Shown piece by piece: positions 61,476 to 64,000 of a DNA stretch of 64,000 bases. The notes under the pieces are model-generated. The model made no database searches. It was not told the origin of the DNA and was given only the letters and a program-made list of their open reading frames with translations. Origin of the DNA: Lobosporangium transversale (Eukaryota); assembly GCF_002105155.1 (NCBI RefSeq), contig NW_019028993.1:744001-808000 (forward strand), written 5' to 3'. The translations under genes were made by a program, and so were the position numbers. Numbering within the stretch: position 1 is the stretch's first letter; every line of letters starts with the position of its first letter.

Positions 61476-62477
61476 TAGATTTTGAAGATGGGGCCTGGAA
61501 GAGCTACTGTTATACCCCGAGTCCTGTGCGCGCGGCTGAGGGGTGGCAATATCGCTATCTTTTCCTTCGGTTTTGATCTCACTAGCCTATTGTATATCGC
61601 GGAACGCAGAACAAATGTTAATAACCAAGAAGATGAAATATTTTTAGGGTTTGAAACTGACAAGATCACACATACACTAGAGCTATCATCCCAGTTCAAG
61701 ACGGCTTTCTGAGCCTCGAGGTCAACGTAGAACTCTTCGTCATCGGTGTCAACCAAGTTGATAATTTCAGGTTGGTTCTTGCTAGATGCCATAGTGAATG
61801 TGGTTTTGGTGATTTGGAGTGTTGAGGTGAACTTGATTGAAAAATCTAAGCGGTGGTAACTTTGGTTTTTTTTTTCTTTGAACCCCACTTCCTTTTATAC
61901 ATGGGTCCCTCAATGCAAGGAAACTACCATTGCCTTCTGGTATTGTGCCAACGCGCCAACGCGCCATGCTCTTTACAACGCGTTTTTTCTTTTTTTTTTT
62001 TTTTTGAATTCCAAGAAAAAAATTCAACGCGGTGGATAATTTTCAGGACGCGCCGATAAAATCACAAGGTTCCATGGTTGTTTCCGCATGACCTTCTGGA
62101 ATGTTTGAACTGCATGGTTGGACAAAATTTGTAAACACTCGGATAAATTTCTCCACCCTTTTCGGCTAACTTTTTAACTTAACTTTGGACAACTTTTTTA
62201 TTCATTGGAGAAATGTAAAATAAACATAGAGAAACTTTATTTTTACTTAGCGAAAACAATTAAAAACGCTGTAGTGTATAACGAGACAAGAATGAGGATT
62301 TTCATTTTCATAATAGAAAAGAGTATTTATAACTCTTTTCTATTATTGTATGTCACGGGGATTAATATTAATGTAAATTAGCTATATAGTAAAAGGTTTT
62401 AGGTGATTATGGCGCACCTAGTATCATGAAAGAAGATTTAATATCACTTTCTATGGGTTTTGTGCGGGTCAGTTTTT

Positions 62478-62597
62478 GTGTTAGTATCACTTGCATCTTT
62501 ATTTATGAATGCCGATGCTTGTGTTAGTATCACTTGCACATTTATTTATGAATGTCAACTCTTTTGTTAGTATCACCTGCATCTTTGTTTATGAATG
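62478..62597. repeat. ~43-bp imperfect tandem repeat x3
   Basis: gttagtatcacttgca..tttatgaatg recurs three times. Confidence 0.75.
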
Positions 62598-62761
62598 TCT
62601 ACAGTCCTGATGATAGGTGTGCATAGGACACTCCAAGCTGTCAATGCTGCGCATGGTTGGAATACCATTTATTGATACAAAGTTATGGCTTGTAAAAGAA
62701 TAAAGATCAGTGGTCCCCCAAATGGGCACCACCGAAAGGGAATGAGTGAGCTAATAGAGGG

Positions 62762-62794
<33 letters not shown>

Positions 62795-63332
62795 ACTTAG
62801 TTTGTCAAATGAGACAGGCCAATGTCACACTGCATAACTACCACGTAGAAGAAGACGGAAGCTTTATTAATGTAAAGTATGAATACTGTATACATACACA
62901 GCCCCTAGGAACGAGAAAAGGATTGAGCAATGGAGTGAATTATTCGTTCAGTTTGCATGTTAGTGTTTAATTGTGTTCGGACTATGTAAAAATTCTTGCG
63001 TGTAAATCGGAGGAGGGTTCATTACCTCAATACCTCCAAGACCATCCCATGATACACATCTCTATTTCGCGACACCCACATCTTCCCCTTCTTCTGCTTC
63101 CCCTTTATTCCTATCCACCCAGAGTGTACAGGAGAGGCGATTATTGGATCAAACATATTAAAGCTCTTCAATTGCACTACAAACAGTAAGACAGTAAGAG
63201 GATGTACATCTATCAAAGATCCATAGATCTCCTTCTGATTGCTAAGAAGACTTTAGCGTAGTGAATCGTGGATTTATTAAAGAACTTCTTAATTCCAATT
63301 GTCGTTGCCTTTTTTTTTTTTTTTTTTTTTTT

Positions 63333-63484
63333 TTATTGCTTCTTTTTCGCAGAAGCGGGTGATGAGGATCCACTGTTTCCTGTTGAAAATTTCGCAAGTG
63401 TAGCGGCAATATCAGGCATCTCAAAGTTCGGCATCTGGGCCGCATCCTGCATCCCTTGCATTTCCTGCATAGCTTCTGGGTCTA

Positions 63485-63523
<39 letters not shown>

Positions 63524-63845
63524 TCATAAAACAGAATAATGTAAGGTTAAAGAGAAGTCTGTTAGAGAACAAATCCGAAATATTTCAAACTTTTGTTCTT
63601 GAAATAATTAAAGAAGATGAATCCGTACCCATATTAGCCATCAATTTTGGCATGAGGAAAAGCATCAATACACTGAAGCCCATCATAAGCATCATTGGGT
63701 TAGCGAACAGGTGTGACAACTTGAATCCTTCACGAGGCTAATATCAGTCAATAATTTTATAATAAAAAAGGAGAGGATATTTATCATTAGTCTCCCAACA
63801 GCTCTTAATCTGATATTCATATCAATAATAACTGCATAGGTAGTC

Positions 63846-63876
<31 letters not shown>

Positions 63877-64000
63877 CTCTCTCTTCATCCTTACAATAAA
63901 GTATGACGCCGCAGCCCGTGGAGCAAGAGTTAGTGGAAACTGAAGACTATTATCATTGTTGGACCAATCGGCTCCCAAGCTGACCATGTATGCTCGGGAT
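63333..64000 (-). CDS. EMC7: ER membrane protein complex subunit 7, 3' exons (gene continues beyond the window)
   Basis: Spliced FPLTLAP...YFI|PREGFKLSHLFANPMMLMMG...MPKLMANM|DPEAMQEMQ...EMPDIA. Confidence 0.85.

Larger units (their letters stand above)
51388..62271 (-). mobile_element. Tc1-E: IS630/Tc1-like element with a 2-intron transposase gene (61792-51690) disrupted by three insertions
   Basis: TIR CAG(T/C)GTTTTTAATTGTTTTCGC; IFIDEAGFN, MDNARIH and YLPPYSPFLNPIE rejoin in frame. Confidence 0.85.
49775..62276 (-). mobile_element. Tc1-C transposon with ~215-bp TIRs; body 49775-51391, last bases at 62272-62276
   Basis: TA|CACTATCATGC left end; long inverted repeats 49775-49989 and 51191-51391; TAGTG|TA reappears after Tc1-E. 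Confidence 0.85.
49480..62288 (-). mobile_element. Solo LTR split by Tc1-C (pieces 49480-49774 and 62279-62288)
   Basis: TG..CA ends after rejoining, TSD AGATT/AGAAT, TATAAATA on the minus strand. Confidence 0.6.
48577..62966 (+). mobile_element. Older Tc1-C family copy (C'): 5' piece 48577-48813 and 3' piece ~62600-62966, hosting the nest
   Basis: Left piece has TIR sequence plus ATGAGACCCACT; right piece has LQAVNAAHGWNTIY*-like coding end plus a degenerate TIR. Confidence 0.7.

Overview
Intron-rich fungal genomic DNA; gene content, intron style and long poly-A/T tracts suggest an early-diverging fungus such as Mortierellaceae (inference). Bases 1-33.7 kb are gene-dense housekeeping sequence: chromate transporter, MSH4, SCYL1/CEX1, alpha-arrestin, TRM82, ATP19, metallophosphoesterase, HSL-type hydrolase, GAL1, APT1, DOA4/USP8, AIP1 and NNF1. 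Bases ~34.5-63.0 kb form a transposon island without host protein genes, centred on one tRNA-Met(CAT) gene. It holds Ty3/Gypsy elements (one apparently intact chromovirus), solo LTRs, four Tc1/IS630 families and hAT-type MITEs, nested up to six levels deep. The 3' part of EMC7 closes the window. The most striking signal is an LTR architecture shared by two sequence-dissimilar Gypsy LTRs next to the tRNA: TATA-like box, hairpin, GT-AG intron enclosing the poly(A) signal, and a duplicated 3' hairpin arm. In one element the two LTRs differ by exactly this intron. This suggests that the 5' LTR poly(A) signal is spliced out and rebuilt during strand transfer. Labels Gy1-Gy5 and Tc1-A/B/C/E are mine.
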